NCBI GenBank assembly: GCA_038060895.1
Contig: JBBTCT010000001.1
Location: 288,001 to 352,000 of the forward strand
Reading direction: 5' to 3'
From: Planctomycetota bacterium
GTDB lineage: Bacteria; Planctomycetota; MHYJ01; WSZJ01
DNA: 64,000 bases
The translations under genes were made by a program, and so were the position numbers. The notes beneath the pieces were generated by a model. That model had not been told where the DNA came from, did no database searches, and worked only from the letters and a program-made list of their open reading frames with translations. Shown here piece after piece: positions 1-10,079 of this stretch (position 1 is its first letter; each line of letters begins with the position of its first letter).

Positions 1-1543
1 GCATGATCGTGCCGGCTGTCGAAGGCGTGTCCATCGACTGCCAGGCCCCTCCGTTCACGTTGTACTGCAGCTTGTTCCCGATCAACTTCATCCCCAGCTT
101 GACCCAGGAATTCTTCGGCAGTCCCTGCCCCTGCGCGTTCGGAGGCATGAAATTCAGCATGTGCGAGTTCGAATTGTCCCCCGCCGCGCGGACGACAATC
201 GTTCCCCCGTGCTCCTCTATGTTCACTTCGAATTCCACGTCGTAATCTTTCCAGTTCGAGTCCGCCTTCGTGAAGACCAGCCGGCGCGTCTTGTCCGGGT
301 CTGTATCGACCGCGGGCCCCGCCGGTCCGTCGTGCACAAACCGGATTTCCTTCCCGTCGAACGTGACCTTCGCGTCGCCAGCTTCCTTTTTCCAGTCCGC
401 CTCGGCCGCCTCGACCCAGGAGCCCTCCAGCTGCTTTTTCCGGGCGGCTACTTTCTCCTTCAGCGCGGTCGCCTTCGCCGCGACCGGAGTTCCCGAGTAA
501 TCATTCACGAACATCGTCACGGCGCGGTCCGCTTCATCCACCATCGACTCCGCGAGCATCTGGGTCACCCGCTTCTCGAGATCCGTATACGCCGGTTCAG
601 CGCTGGAAAGGAACTTGTCCTCCGCTTCCTTCAGCTTCTTCTCGATCGCGGCCAGCGCCGTCTTTCCCGCAGGTCCCGCCGCAGCCGCCTTCTGCTTGAG
701 CTCATCGAGGTCGCTCTTGACCCGCCGGTACCCCGCCGGGGTCGCCGCCATCGACATGTCGATCTTGCCGACGGGCTTGAGAAGGGCACTCTGGACGATT
801 TCGTTCCAGGTGGTCTCGGCCAGCGCGACATGCGACGGCGCATCCTTCCTGACCCGCCCGAGCAGATCCCGGAACGCAGGCTCGTACGTCATCGGGTCTT
901 CCGCCGCCCGCGCGTCCGCCGCCGTGCGCTTGATTTCCGAGAGAAGCGCCTCGGACTTCTCGTACGCGGCGAGCGCGTCCTGCGCTTCCCGCGCCAGCGC
1001 CGTCGCCTTCTCCTCGTACTCGGTCCCGCCCGCGTCCTTCCTGGCCTTGTGCGCCGCCTCCACCCAGGCCTTCGGGTTGCCGGAGCCGCGAAGCGCTTCG
1101 GCGGCCTCGTAAGAGGATTTTGCTTTGGAGAGATCCGGCCTGGGCCCCTGGCCGCCTCCTCCGCTTCCGCCGACCTGGCTCATGATGAAGCCGATCAGGG
1201 CGAGGACGGCCACGCCGCCGATCGTCAGGCCGGCCTTCGCGCCGGTTCCCATCCCGCCGGATTCCTGGGGCGTGATCGCCGCGACGCGCGTCGTGTTCCC
1301 GCGCCCGCCGCCCATGGACTGCAGGTTGCGAATTATGTCCGTATTGCGAGGCGATTCGCCGGGCTTCCGGAATCTCGTGGACCCTTTGCGATCGTGGTGA
1401 GTGCCGGGGGCTTCGGGGGGAAGCAAGGGCGCGCACTCGGCACAGTAGTACTTGTCGCCGCGCGCGACGGCGTGGCCTTTTTCGATTTCGGCGCCCAGAA
1501 CCTGCGCGCCGCACTTGTCGCAGTAGACGGTAGCGAAGCCCAT
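1..1543 (-). CDS. Zn-ribbon / single-TM / helical / lectin-like (DUF1080-like) membrane protein, 3' end runs off the window; paralog of 1772-3496
   Basis: Absent from the ORF track because it has no stop in the window. Manual translation from ATG 1543 gives MGFATVYCDKCGAQVLGAEIEKGHAVARGDKYYCAEC..., TM IGGVAVLALIGFIM, and C-terminal WKDYDVEFEV. Same architecture as the next gene. Confidence 0.8.
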   Translation of the reverse strand, partial: MGFATVYCDKCGAQVLGAEIEKGHAVARGDKYYCAECAPLLPPEAPGTHHDRKGSTRFRKPGESPRNTDIIRNLQSMGGGRGNTTRVAAITPQESGGMGTGAKAGLTIGGVAVLALIGFIMSQVGGSGGGGQGPRPDLSKAKSSYEAAEALRGSGNPKAWVEAAHKARKDAGGTEYEEKATALAREAQDALAAYEKSEALLSEIKRTAADARAAEDPMTYEPAFRDLLGRVRKDAPSHVALAETTWNEIVQSALLKPVGKIDMSMAATPAGYRRVKSDLDELKQKAAAAGPAGKTALAAIEKKLKEAEDKFLSSAEPAYTDLEKRVTQMLAESMVDEADRAVTMFVNDYSGTPVAAKATALKEKVAARKKQLEGSWVEAAEADWKKEAGDAKVTFDGKEIRFVHDGPAGPAVDTDPDKTRRLVFTKADSNWKDYDVEFEVNIEEHGGTIVVRAAGDNSNSHMLNFMPPNAQGQGLPKNSWVKLGMKLIGNKLQYNVNGGAWQSMDTPSTAGTIM

Positions 1544-1574
1544 GTTTTCCCCTGATCGGGCTTCGAGTATATCA

Positions 1575-1692
1575 CTGCGCGGGAGGAAAAATCGGGCGGG
1601 TCGGGCGGTGTCGGCCCTGTGGTGGTCGCTTGTGAGGGCCAGGGTGGAAGGGCCGACACCGCCCGACCCACTCGATTCTTCCTCCCGCGCAG
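1575..1692. repeat. Long intergenic inverted repeat (44-bp arms, 3 mismatches, 30-nt loop)
   Basis: 1575-1618 ctgcgcgggaggaaaaatcgggcgggtcgggcggtgtcggccct versus the reverse complement of 1649-1692. Confidence 0.85.
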
Positions 1693-1771
1693 GGAGAATG
1701 GCTTTCCAACGCAAGACAGAGAGTGGACCGCAGCGACTTTTGATCGAGCGGTTTATTTCGCGCGAACCTGC

Positions 1772-3496
1772 TTAAGGAATTGCGCGGATGCGCACGCTGC
1801 GAATCTGAATCTCGGACTGGGGATTCAGCGCGAAACCGAACTGGCCCGTGCCGTGGTCCTTGCCGTCCCCCGCGCGCGAGAACTTCCAGTTCCCGCCCTG
1901 GAGACCCGTCGCGTTCATCGAAATCGTGTCCCCTTTGACCTGCACGGTCACCTTGTAGGACTTGTTCGCCTCGACCACCAGCTGCGCGCCAGACCCCACC
2001 TTTTCCGTCCGGATCGAAACCGCGGACGACTGGGGAGCTTCGCCGTTGAGGCCGACGATGAAGAGCGCGTCGCCCTTGACCAGGGTGACGTCCATTTCGA
2101 CTTCGTAGGCGGAGAAGTGCTTCGTCGTGACCCAGAAGCCGATTCCGTTGGTCGCCGTGTCTTTCTTCGCGTCTTCGGCCGTCAGGGAGTTGACACCGAC
2201 CATCGCGCCGCTCTTCACTTCCCACTTCATTTTTGAGCTTCCGCCCGTCTGCCATCCCGTGGGCGTCTTCTCGTCGAAAAGCACCGTCCAGTCCTTCGGC
2301 GGCACCTTCCCGGGAACAGGCTTGATGTCGGACCCGGGATTGGACGTTTTCTTCGACTCCGTATCGATGTCCCACGCCAGCTTCGTCGCGTCATCGATCG
2401 TCACTGAGTTTTTCCACTTTTCCGTGAATGCCTTGATCGCCAACTGGCACTCGTCGAATTTCTTCTGCTTCCTCAAGTTCTCCACGGTCGCTTTGACCTG
2501 TTCCCAATCCACGCGCGCCGCGCCCTCGCGCCGTTCCTTCAGCTCCTTCACCTTGTCCTGCGCCTGCTTGCGGTAGTTCTCGTGCTCGTCGCACAGCATC
2601 TGGACGTCAGTCCACCTTTGGATCGCCTCCAGGTATTTCTCCGCGTTCTGAACTTCGAAGTTCTTGGCGTCGTCGATCGCGTTGAGAACCCGCTTCTCCC
2701 TGGCCAGTTTGAGAAGGGACTTCGCCTGGGCGGCCAGTTCCGTGTCGCCGGCGGTTTCCATTTCCTTCAAGAACTGTTCGACATCGGTGATGACGGGAAC
2801 CAGGTCCTTCGAGCCGAGCATTTTCCGGAGTGATTCAAGCCTCTCGGTGCGTTTCGCGCGGATTTCCAGGCGTTCCTTGAGCTTGACCGCGTCGTCCCGG
2901 TACGCCGCCAGCTTGCCGGAATAATCCGAATTCTTGCACTTGGGACCGGCCGCATCGATGAGCTTCAGCAACCCCTCGGCCTCGTCCGGGTGCTCACGGC
3001 TGTACGCGACAACCTGTTCGAACGCGGTCTTGGCGTCCTCCTTGCGTTTCAGGTCAGCCGCCTTGATGGCGTTGTCGGCGGAGCTCTGCATGGCGAAGAG
3101 AACGATGGCGGCAATCAGGACGACCCCCGCGGCGGCGCCGGCGATCAGGGGCGTCTTGCTCTTCCCTTCGGAGGGTGCATCGTCCATCGGGACGTGGGCC
3201 AGGCGAGTGGTTCCGGGACCGGGGTGTACGGAGCGCTGGGGACCGCTGCCGACGTTGGGAAGTCGCCCCGTGCCGGTGTGGGGATGGGGTGCGCCTACCG
3301 CGCGGATCGCAGGAAACGTCCCCGTCGAGCCGGTGCGCTTGCGGCCGTTCCCGGGCGCCGCCGCCACCGCGGGAGCCTGGGCGCGGCACTTGCTGCAATA
3401 CACCTTCTCCGCGACCTCGACCGCCTTGCCCTTCTCGAGGTCCTTCTCGGGGACCATGTCCCCGCAAATCGTGCAGTAGTCAATCGCTCGACCCAC
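1772..3496 (-). CDS. Zn-ribbon / single-TM / helical / DUF1080-like (ConA fold) membrane protein
   Basis: 574 aa; YCTICG...YCSKC, TM LIAGAAAGVVLIAAIVLFAM, C-terminal WTVLFD..GW...WEVKSG...YEVEMDV...IRSVRI. Confidence 0.75.
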   Translation of the reverse strand: MGRAIDYCTICGDMVPEKDLEKGKAVEVAEKVYCSKCRAQAPAVAAAPGNGRKRTGSTGTFPAIRAVGAPHPHTGTGRLPNVGSGPQRSVHPGPGTTRLAHVPMDDAPSEGKSKTPLIAGAAAGVVLIAAIVLFAMQSSADNAIKAADLKRKEDAKTAFEQVVAYSREHPDEAEGLLKLIDAAGPKCKNSDYSGKLAAYRDDAVKLKERLEIRAKRTERLESLRKMLGSKDLVPVITDVEQFLKEMETAGDTELAAQAKSLLKLAREKRVLNAIDDAKNFEVQNAEKYLEAIQRWTDVQMLCDEHENYRKQAQDKVKELKERREGAARVDWEQVKATVENLRKQKKFDECQLAIKAFTEKWKNSVTIDDATKLAWDIDTESKKTSNPGSDIKPVPGKVPPKDWTVLFDEKTPTGWQTGGSSKMKWEVKSGAMVGVNSLTAEDAKKDTATNGIGFWVTTKHFSAYEVEMDVTLVKGDALFIVGLNGEAPQSSAVSIRTEKVGSGAQLVVEANKSYKVTVQVKGDTISMNATGLQGGNWKFSRAGDGKDHGTGQFGFALNPQSEIQIRSVRIRAIP

Positions 3497-3561
3497 TTCA
3501 GCTCCTGTCCGGTTCCCCCCCGGGCTATCGGGCGGGACATTCTATGCGATGTAAGCCCTTC

Positions 3562-6453
3562 TTACTTATTCAACTCCTCCAGTATTCTACGCGCCAGCGC
3601 GTTCTCCGGGTCTGCCAGAATCGCCTCTTTCGCGAGTTTCCGGGCGTCCTCCAGCTTCCCCATCTTCGCGCTGCACTGCGCCTGCTCCGACTGGAACTCG
3701 CCGATCTTCTTGCCCCACTTGCCCGGTTCCGTCTTCTCCGCATCCTGCAGCAGCCCCACGCAGCACTTGAACTCGTGCCCCGCGCGCTCCCATTTCTCCT
3801 CGTCGCGGTACGCACGCCCCAGGTACGCGTGCAGCCGGGTGTCGAAGACGCCGATGAAGATCGCACTCTCCAGTGTCTTCACCAGCTTCTCACGGTCCCC
3901 GCGCTTCTTGTAGAGCTCCGCCGCGTCCAGCCGCAGCTTGAACGTGTCGTGGTCGATCGCCAGTACCTGCTCCATCTGCCTCAGCTTGTTGTCCTCGTCC
4001 TTCTTCGAGTCGTAGATCTCGATCAGCTTCGCGTAGGGGCTGTCCGAGCCAATGAAGCGTGGGAAGGAGGCCTTCGCCTCCTCGAGTGCCTTGATCGCGG
4101 CATCCCACCGTTCCGCCTTGCACAGCATCAGCGCGTACTGCCAGCGCGTCTGGAAGTCCTTCGCGCCGCCTTCGATGGCCTTGAGGTAGTACTCCGCGGC
4201 CTTGTCGAAGCGCCGTTTTTCAGGAGTTCCCATCGATTTTGCCAGGACGATCAGCGCGTCGGTGTTCGCCTCGTCGATCTTCAACGCCTTCTTCGCGAGC
4301 ATCTCGGCGTCCGCCTTCTGGTTGACCTCGTCGAGGATGCGGGCGAGCTTGCCCATCGCGTCCGCGTCCATCGGGTTGTCCTCGATGGCCGCCTGCAGCT
4401 TCTTCGCCTCCGCCTCCGTGGCGCGCACCGGCATGCGGAGGTCGGCGCGCTTCAGCCACTCCCCCACCCAGGCGCGGATTCTGTCGTCGAACTGGTCGGG
4501 CGTCACGCCGAGCGCCGTCTCGAATACCGTCGGCGTGTCTTTTCCTTCCCCGTACATCTTCAGCATCTCGACCTGCTTCTCGAATCCCCACTTCTCGGCG
4601 ATGTACGTGTGGATGAGAAACCCGTAGATGTACAGGTTCAGGAGGTCGCCCGCCTTCGCCAGGTCGTTGATCTTCGCGAGCTTCTTCGCGTGGTACGCGT
4701 TGAAGATCTCGACTTCGATCTCGCGGCTCCAGCCCGGGTAGCCCTGGCCTTCTTCATACGTGGACAGCCCTTCCGTGAACCAGCGCGGGCAGCGGTTCTT
4801 CGACAGCTGAAGCGCCCACACGTGCCCGAGTTCGTGCCAGACGACCGAGCCCCAGTTGAATTTCCCCATGACTTCCTTGGCGCGCGGGGAAAGCAGCGTG
4901 ATGACCTTGCCGAAGCAGGCGCCGAGCGCGCCGAGGCCGCTCATGCCGACGGTCCGCACGCTGAAGTCGTTATGGTTCGGGTACATGTCCGAGACGATCG
5001 GGACGAGCGGCTCGAAGTGGTACCGTTTCGAAAGCTCGTCCCACGCCCGCTCGTGCAGCTCGCAGACGTACGGGCCGATGATGTCGACCTCCTTCTTGTG
5101 CATACGGATTCGGAAGTGCTTGGTTTCGATGACGACGAAGTCCTTTGGGAACGCGTCCATCAGGGTCATCGTGTTCACGAGGCGGATGTTGAACGGGTCG
5201 CGCTCGTAGGCCTCGCTCAGGTACTTGAGCGCGGTCACTTCGTCCCCGAGCCGAAGCGCGTTCATGCCGTACTCGGTGTACGCCTCCCACAACTTCGGGT
5301 CGGCTTCGACCGCCTTCTTCAGGTAAACCTGCGCTTCGTCGAAAAGCATCTTGTTCCCGAGCGACGACCCGATCAGCATGAAGCCGAGCCCGCAATTCGG
5401 GTTGATCGACTTCAGCTCTTCCTCGACCTTCGCGCGCTCGTCCTTCTTCCCCGCCAGCTCCAGGTTCGCGGCCTTGATCGCGAGAGCCTGCACCGACTTC
5501 GGATTCAGTTTCAGCGCCTTTTTCAGCGTGTCGTCGGAAGCGGCCTGCTGCTGCATCCCCCCCAGCAGCTGCGCCTTGAAGATGAGCGCGTCGAAGAGCT
5601 TGTCGTTGATCTGCAGCGCCTGCTCAACCGCCTGCAGCGCCCGCGGCGCCGCGCCGGATTCGGCGAGCACGCGCGCCATCCCGTACATCGCCGACGCGCA
5701 TTTCGGGTTCGCCTTGAGCGCGTCCTCGTACGAGTGCTTCGCGTAGACGCCCTGGTACTTGTCCATGTAGCAGTGCCCCCAGAAGGCGAGCACTTCGTCG
5801 TCCGGCGAATCCTCGGCGTCGAGCGCCTCGTTCAGGAGGTTCCCGCCGTCCACGATCGAGTGGATCAGGTCCTTGTCGCCCCTGCGCAGCGCGAGCATCC
5901 AGAGCCCGCGAGCGATCGTGAGTTTCTGCATCCCCGTCAGCCTCGTCGCCTTCGTCACGTACTCGGAGAACCACTCGAGCGCCTTCTCCGCGTCGTCGCC
6001 CTTCCCCGTCTCGAGCAGAATCGTCCCCAGCGCCACGCGGGCGTTGAGCGCCGTCACATCTTTCTCCAGGGTCTCCTTCGCAAGCTTCACCCCTTCCTCG
6101 TACCGCCCCGACCACGCCATCAGCTCCGCCAGCCGCCCCTTCGCTTCTATCGCCGGCTCGCTGTTCTCGATGACCTTGCGGAACTGCTCTTCCGCGCTCT
6201 TGGGCTCGCCGAGCGTGACGTGCACGCGCCCGAGGATCGTCCGCGCTTCGAAGTCCTCGGTGTTCTCCTTGATGTGCTTTTTCAGCAGCTCCTTGGCTTC
6301 CTCGATCTTCCCCTGGTTGAGAAGCGCCAGCGATTCCGCGCGCTCCTTGCCGCCTTTCGAAGTGTCATCCGGTTTCGGCGGCGGCGGCGCTTCCTCGGCG
6401 GAAAGCCTGAGAACAAGGAAGGCGGAAGCGGCGAGGGTGGCGAGAAGGCGCAT
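3562..6453 (-). CDS. Secreted TPR-repeat protein with a peptidase MA-like (gluzincin) domain
   Basis: 963 aa; signal peptide, many TPR-like helices, HELGH followed by WFTEGLS. Confidence 0.8.
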   Translation of the reverse strand: MRLLATLAASAFLVLRLSAEEAPPPPKPDDTSKGGKERAESLALLNQGKIEEAKELLKKHIKENTEDFEARTILGRVHVTLGEPKSAEEQFRKVIENSEPAIEAKGRLAELMAWSGRYEEGVKLAKETLEKDVTALNARVALGTILLETGKGDDAEKALEWFSEYVTKATRLTGMQKLTIARGLWMLALRRGDKDLIHSIVDGGNLLNEALDAEDSPDDEVLAFWGHCYMDKYQGVYAKHSYEDALKANPKCASAMYGMARVLAESGAAPRALQAVEQALQINDKLFDALIFKAQLLGGMQQQAASDDTLKKALKLNPKSVQALAIKAANLELAGKKDERAKVEEELKSINPNCGLGFMLIGSSLGNKMLFDEAQVYLKKAVEADPKLWEAYTEYGMNALRLGDEVTALKYLSEAYERDPFNIRLVNTMTLMDAFPKDFVVIETKHFRIRMHKKEVDIIGPYVCELHERAWDELSKRYHFEPLVPIVSDMYPNHNDFSVRTVGMSGLGALGACFGKVITLLSPRAKEVMGKFNWGSVVWHELGHVWALQLSKNRCPRWFTEGLSTYEEGQGYPGWSREIEVEIFNAYHAKKLAKINDLAKAGDLLNLYIYGFLIHTYIAEKWGFEKQVEMLKMYGEGKDTPTVFETALGVTPDQFDDRIRAWVGEWLKRADLRMPVRATEAEAKKLQAAIEDNPMDADAMGKLARILDEVNQKADAEMLAKKALKIDEANTDALIVLAKSMGTPEKRRFDKAAEYYLKAIEGGAKDFQTRWQYALMLCKAERWDAAIKALEEAKASFPRFIGSDSPYAKLIEIYDSKKDEDNKLRQMEQVLAIDHDTFKLRLDAAELYKKRGDREKLVKTLESAIFIGVFDTRLHAYLGRAYRDEEKWERAGHEFKCCVGLLQDAEKTEPGKWGKKIGEFQSEQAQCSAKMGKLEDARKLAKEAILADPENALARRILEELNK

Positions 6454-6527
6454 GGAAGGGCTCCGATGGGGTGCTGGCGTTACTAGTATAGACGCAGGTG
6501 ATACGGGAGTGTTCGCGGGAAGGCGGA

Positions 6528-6694
6528 GAAAAGGACAACTTCAATCAGCAACTTCAACTTACAAGTTTCAAGCAAAGGGAGAACTTCAAGACGACGAACT
6601 TCAACCGGCGGTGATGCGAGGTCCTGCCGTTTGAAAGTTGAAGTTCGTCGTTTGCTTGAAAGTTGTGAGTTGTGAGTTGAAGTTCGCCGTTTTC
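6528..6694. repeat. AT-rich imperfect palindromic element of AACTTCAA/CTCACAA units (intergenic family, member A)
   Basis: Starts GAAAAGGAC, ends GCCGTTTTC; arms are complementary; shares CAAGCAAAGGGAGAAC with the reverse complement of 36437-36586. Confidence 0.85.
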
Positions 6695-6741
6695 GGCCGT
6701 TCGACCCACAACATCCCTCCGGCTCCGCTATCATCCATCCC

Positions 6742-7512
6742 ATGACCACCCCCGCCGCTCCTCCCACCCTCCGCAACATGGACCTCGAGGAACACCTCAA
6801 CGACCCCTCGAAGAAGCAGCACTACGTCACCACGATGTTCGACATCATCGCGCCGAAGTACGACTGGTTCACGCGGGCGTTCTCGTTCGGGATGGATTCG
6901 GCCTGGAAGAAGGAGCTGCTGGGGCACGTGAAGGACAAGGTGAAGCCCGACGGGAACTGCATCGACCTCGCCAGCGGCACCGGCGACCTGTCCGTCGCTG
7001 TCTCAAAGATCGTCCCCCAGGGGCGCGAAACCGGGATCGACATCTCCCCCGAAATGGTCAAGATCGCCAAAGCGCGCATCGAAAAGGACGGCGTCCCCAA
7101 CGTCACCTTCCAGGTCGGCGACATGACCGCCATCGACCTCCCCGACGCCTCCGTCGACCTCGTCACCATCGGCTACGGCCTGCGCAACGTTCCCGACTTC
7201 AAGGCCGCCCTCCGCCAGATCGCCCGCGTCCTCAAACCCGGCGGCATCCTCGCCAACCTCGACTTCGCCCGCCCCCGCAACGGCCTGTGGCGCTTCATGT
7301 ATCTCACCTACCTCACCATCACCGGCAACATCGCCGGCTGGTGGATGCACGGCGAGGGCGCCGTTTACGGCTACATCTCGCGCTCGATCGCCAAGTTCGT
7401 GACGTGGCAGGACCTAAGCAAAGCGATGGAGGAATGCGGGCTGGAAGTGCTGGTCACGAGCCCGAAGCTGCTGGGCGGGGTGTGCCTGCACGTCGCGCGG
7501 CGCAAGGCCTAG
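6742..7512 (+). CDS. ubiE: UbiE/MenG-family quinone biosynthesis methyltransferase
   Basis: YVTTMFDIIAPKYD, DLASGTGD, IGYGLRNV motifs; TATCAT 7 nt upstream of the ATG. Confidence 0.8.
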   Translation: MTTPAAPPTLRNMDLEEHLNDPSKKQHYVTTMFDIIAPKYDWFTRAFSFGMDSAWKKELLGHVKDKVKPDGNCIDLASGTGDLSVAVSKIVPQGRETGIDISPEMVKIAKARIEKDGVPNVTFQVGDMTAIDLPDASVDLVTIGYGLRNVPDFKAALRQIARVLKPGGILANLDFARPRNGLWRFMYLTYLTITGNIAGWWMHGEGAVYGYISRSIAKFVTWQDLSKAMEECGLEVLVTSPKLLGGVCLHVARRKA

Positions 7513-7856
7513 GTTTTCGCTTCGACCCGCACGAACAGCCGCTTCGGCGCTTCGTCGAAGTACTTGAAGAGCGCCGGGCAGAGCCATCCTTCCATCGACG
7601 CCTGCGTCCAGCGGTACCAGTTGCCGCCCATTTCTTCGCGCGCCCAGGCCAGTTCGGCCATGGCGCCGGGGAACGGACCGGGGGCGAAGAGCAGCCGGAA
7701 GCCCTTTTCGGCGGCGGGAATATCCGCGGTGAGGCGTTCGATCATCTCGGGAATCCCGGACACGAACGGCTCCTGGACAAGACCGGCGGCAGGGTCGTCG
7801 AAGACCCACATGCCGTTGGTTTTGAAGGGGTTGATGACGTGGAGAAAGTTGGCCAC
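7509..7856 (-). CDS. DUF6717-like conserved hypothetical protein
   Basis: WVFDD...EPFVSG...PFPG...GNWY...GWLCPALFKYF; GTG start at 7856 preferred over 7883 because TACACT lies 6 nt upstream. Confidence 0.7.
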   Translation of the reverse strand: MANFLHVINPFKTNGMWVFDDPAAGLVQEPFVSGIPEMIERLTADIPAAEKGFRLLFAPGPFPGAMAELAWAREEMGGNWYRWTQASMEGWLCPALFKYFDEAPKRLFVRVEAKT

Positions 7857-7881
7857 AGCGAGAGTGTAGCGCGCGGGGTCC

Positions 7882-7900
7882 ATTGACGCAGCGCGTCAAT
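7882..7900. promoter_or_regulatory. Palindromic site ATTGACGC-AGC-GCGTCAAT (copy 1)
   Basis: Perfect 8-bp arms; the motif recurs at 27348 and 33234. Confidence 0.65.
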
Positions 7901-7941
7901 CGGAGTCCAGAGCCTCTGCCAGCCTCCGCCAGCCTGCCCTT

Positions 7942-10077
7942 CTACAGCCTGATGGGCAGCGACCGCACCCTCTTCTTCGTCAGCATGAACAGCGCATTCG
8001 CCACGGCCGGCGCAATCGGCGGCACGCCCGGCTCGCCCACGCCGCCCATCGGGTCAGTGCTTTCAATGATGTGAACGTCGATCTTCGGCATCTCCGTCAT
8101 GCGGAGGATCGCGTAGTTGTGGAAGTTCGACTGCTCGACCTCGCCCTGGCTGAACGTGATCTCGCCCTTCAGCGCCGCTGACAGGCCGTAGACGATGCCG
8201 GACTGGATCTGCGCCTCGACCGTGTCGGGATTCACGACAGGGCCGCAGTCGACGGCGGAGACGACGCGGTGGACGCGGACCTTGCCGTTTTCGACGGAGA
8301 CCTCGACGGCGTGGGCGACGAACGAGCCGAACGATTCGTGCACCGCGACTCCGGCCGCGTGCGCGACGGGAAGCTCGTTCCCCCAGCCGAATTCACCGGC
8401 GGCTTTCTCGAGGACGCGTTTGTGGCGCGGATGGTCCTTGAGCAGGTCGAGGCGGTAGTTGACCGGGTCGATCCCGGCCGCCCAGGCCAGTTCGTCGATG
8501 AAGCACTCCACGACGAACGCCGTGTGCGTGTGACCGACGGAGCGCCACCAGAGGACCGTGACGGGCGACTTCGGCGAGTGCAGCTCTACGCGGTGGTCGG
8601 GGATCGACGACAGGTACGGCGAATTCGCCGCGCCCTCGACGGACGTCACGTCCACGCCGTCCTTGATCATCATCGCGCCGAAGGGCGTCCCTTCCATGAT
8701 CGACTGGCCGACGAGCGTGTGCGACCAGGCGGCGGGCATTTTCTTTTCGTTCAGCGTCGCGCGGATCCGGCTCGTCCACATCGGGCGGTAGTACCCGCCG
8801 CGGATGTCGTCCTCGCGCGACCATTGGACCTGCACCGGCACCTTCATGGCTTTCGCGACCTCGCACGCTTCCGAGACGAAATCGGCCCGCGGGTTTGCGC
8901 GACGGCCGAAGCCGCCCCCGAGGAAGGGCGTGTGGACGCGCACCTTGTCGGCCTTGAGCCCGAGAATCTTTGCCGCTGCCGCCTGGTCGATCCCCGGCGA
9001 CTGCGTCCCCGTCCAGATGTCGCACCCGTCCTCGCCGATCTCCACCGTGCAGTTCAGCGGCTCCATCGGCGCGTGTGCGAGGTACGGCAGCTCAAACTCG
9101 GCCTCGATCACCTTTCCCGCCTTCGCCAGCGCGGCCTCCGCATCTCCCTTCTCCGCCGCCTTCGCGCCCCTGGTCTTCGCCAGCGCGCGGTACTCCTCCT
9201 TCATCTTCGCCGTCGACAATCCGGCTCCATCGCCGCGATCCCATTCCACCACCACCGCCGCCGCCGCGCGCCGCGCCGCCCACGAATTCTTCGCCACGAC
9301 CGCAACCCCGCCCGGGATCTCGATGATGTCGACTACATTCGGAAGCGACCGCGCGACGTCGCACTGGAAGCCCTTCACCTTCCCGCCGAATGGAGGCCTC
9401 AGGATCGCCGCGTACAGCATCCCCGGCCGCTTCACGTCCATCCCGAATTCCGCCTTCCCCGTCACCTTGTCGGGCGTGTCCAGACGCTTGACCCGCTTCC
9501 CGATGAGCTTCCAGTCCTTCTCCTCCTTGAGAGCGACTTCCTTCGGGGCCTTGAGCTTCGAAGCGGCCTCCGCGAGGTCGCCGTAGGAGAGGCGGTTTCC
9601 GCCGTTGACGACGAAACCGTTCTCCGTCGTGCAGGCCTTCGAGTCGATGCCCCATCTGTCCGCCGCGGCCGCGATAAGCATCGCGCGCGCCGTCGCCCCC
9701 GCCTTGCGAAGCTGAGTGAACGACTCCCACGTCGACGTCGAACCGCCCGTGATCTGCATGCCGAACGCCGTGTGGAAATACTGCGGCGCCGCGGGCGCGT
9801 GTTCGCTCTTCACGTTCTTCCAGTCGCAGCCGAGTTCCTCGGCGATGACCATCGGAAGCGACGTCGCGACCCCCTGGCCCATTTCGACGTGCTTGAGCAG
9901 GACGGTCACCGTGTTGTCAGGTGCGATCCGCAGGAACGCGTTCAGCGAAGCGCCGCCCCCCGCGGGCGGTTCGGCCAGCAGGCGCTTCCCGCCCCCGGGA
10001 AGGAAAAACCCGATCACCAGCCCGGCCGCAGAGGTCGCGAGAAAATCGCGCCGCGTCATCGAGGAGTTCGTGCCCAT
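7942..10077 (-). CDS. iorB: Xanthine dehydrogenase family molybdopterin subunit (isoquinoline 1-oxidoreductase beta-like), Tat-exported
   Basis: TRRDFL Tat motif, EMGQG, GGGFGRR, GGVGEPG; ATG at 10077. Confidence 0.85.
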   Translation of the reverse strand: MGTNSSMTRRDFLATSAAGLVIGFFLPGGGKRLLAEPPAGGGASLNAFLRIAPDNTVTVLLKHVEMGQGVATSLPMVIAEELGCDWKNVKSEHAPAAPQYFHTAFGMQITGGSTSTWESFTQLRKAGATARAMLIAAAADRWGIDSKACTTENGFVVNGGNRLSYGDLAEAASKLKAPKEVALKEEKDWKLIGKRVKRLDTPDKVTGKAEFGMDVKRPGMLYAAILRPPFGGKVKGFQCDVARSLPNVVDIIEIPGGVAVVAKNSWAARRAAAAVVVEWDRGDGAGLSTAKMKEEYRALAKTRGAKAAEKGDAEAALAKAGKVIEAEFELPYLAHAPMEPLNCTVEIGEDGCDIWTGTQSPGIDQAAAAKILGLKADKVRVHTPFLGGGFGRRANPRADFVSEACEVAKAMKVPVQVQWSREDDIRGGYYRPMWTSRIRATLNEKKMPAAWSHTLVGQSIMEGTPFGAMMIKDGVDVTSVEGAANSPYLSSIPDHRVELHSPKSPVTVLWWRSVGHTHTAFVVECFIDELAWAAGIDPVNYRLDLLKDHPRHKRVLEKAAGEFGWGNELPVAHAAGVAVHESFGSFVAHAVEVSVENGKVRVHRVVSAVDCGPVVNPDTVEAQIQSGIVYGLSAALKGEITFSQGEVEQSNFHNYAILRMTEMPKIDVHIIESTDPMGGVGEPGVPPIAPAVANALFMLTKKRVRSLPIRL

Positions 10078-10079
10078 TG

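Noticed and set aside
3175-6486. Very long opposite-strand or alternative-frame ORFs (e.g. 3175-6486 +, 161-1555 +, 16122-18776 +, 38858-41503 -, 42861-45056 +)
   Set aside because: Shadow ORFs typical of high-GC DNA; they overlap motif-supported genes and have R/L/V/P-biased, motif-free translations.
6528-6694. AACTTCAA repeats as a possible CRISPR array
   Set aside because: Units are 7-8 bp, inverted about a centre, with no unique spacers and no cas genes.
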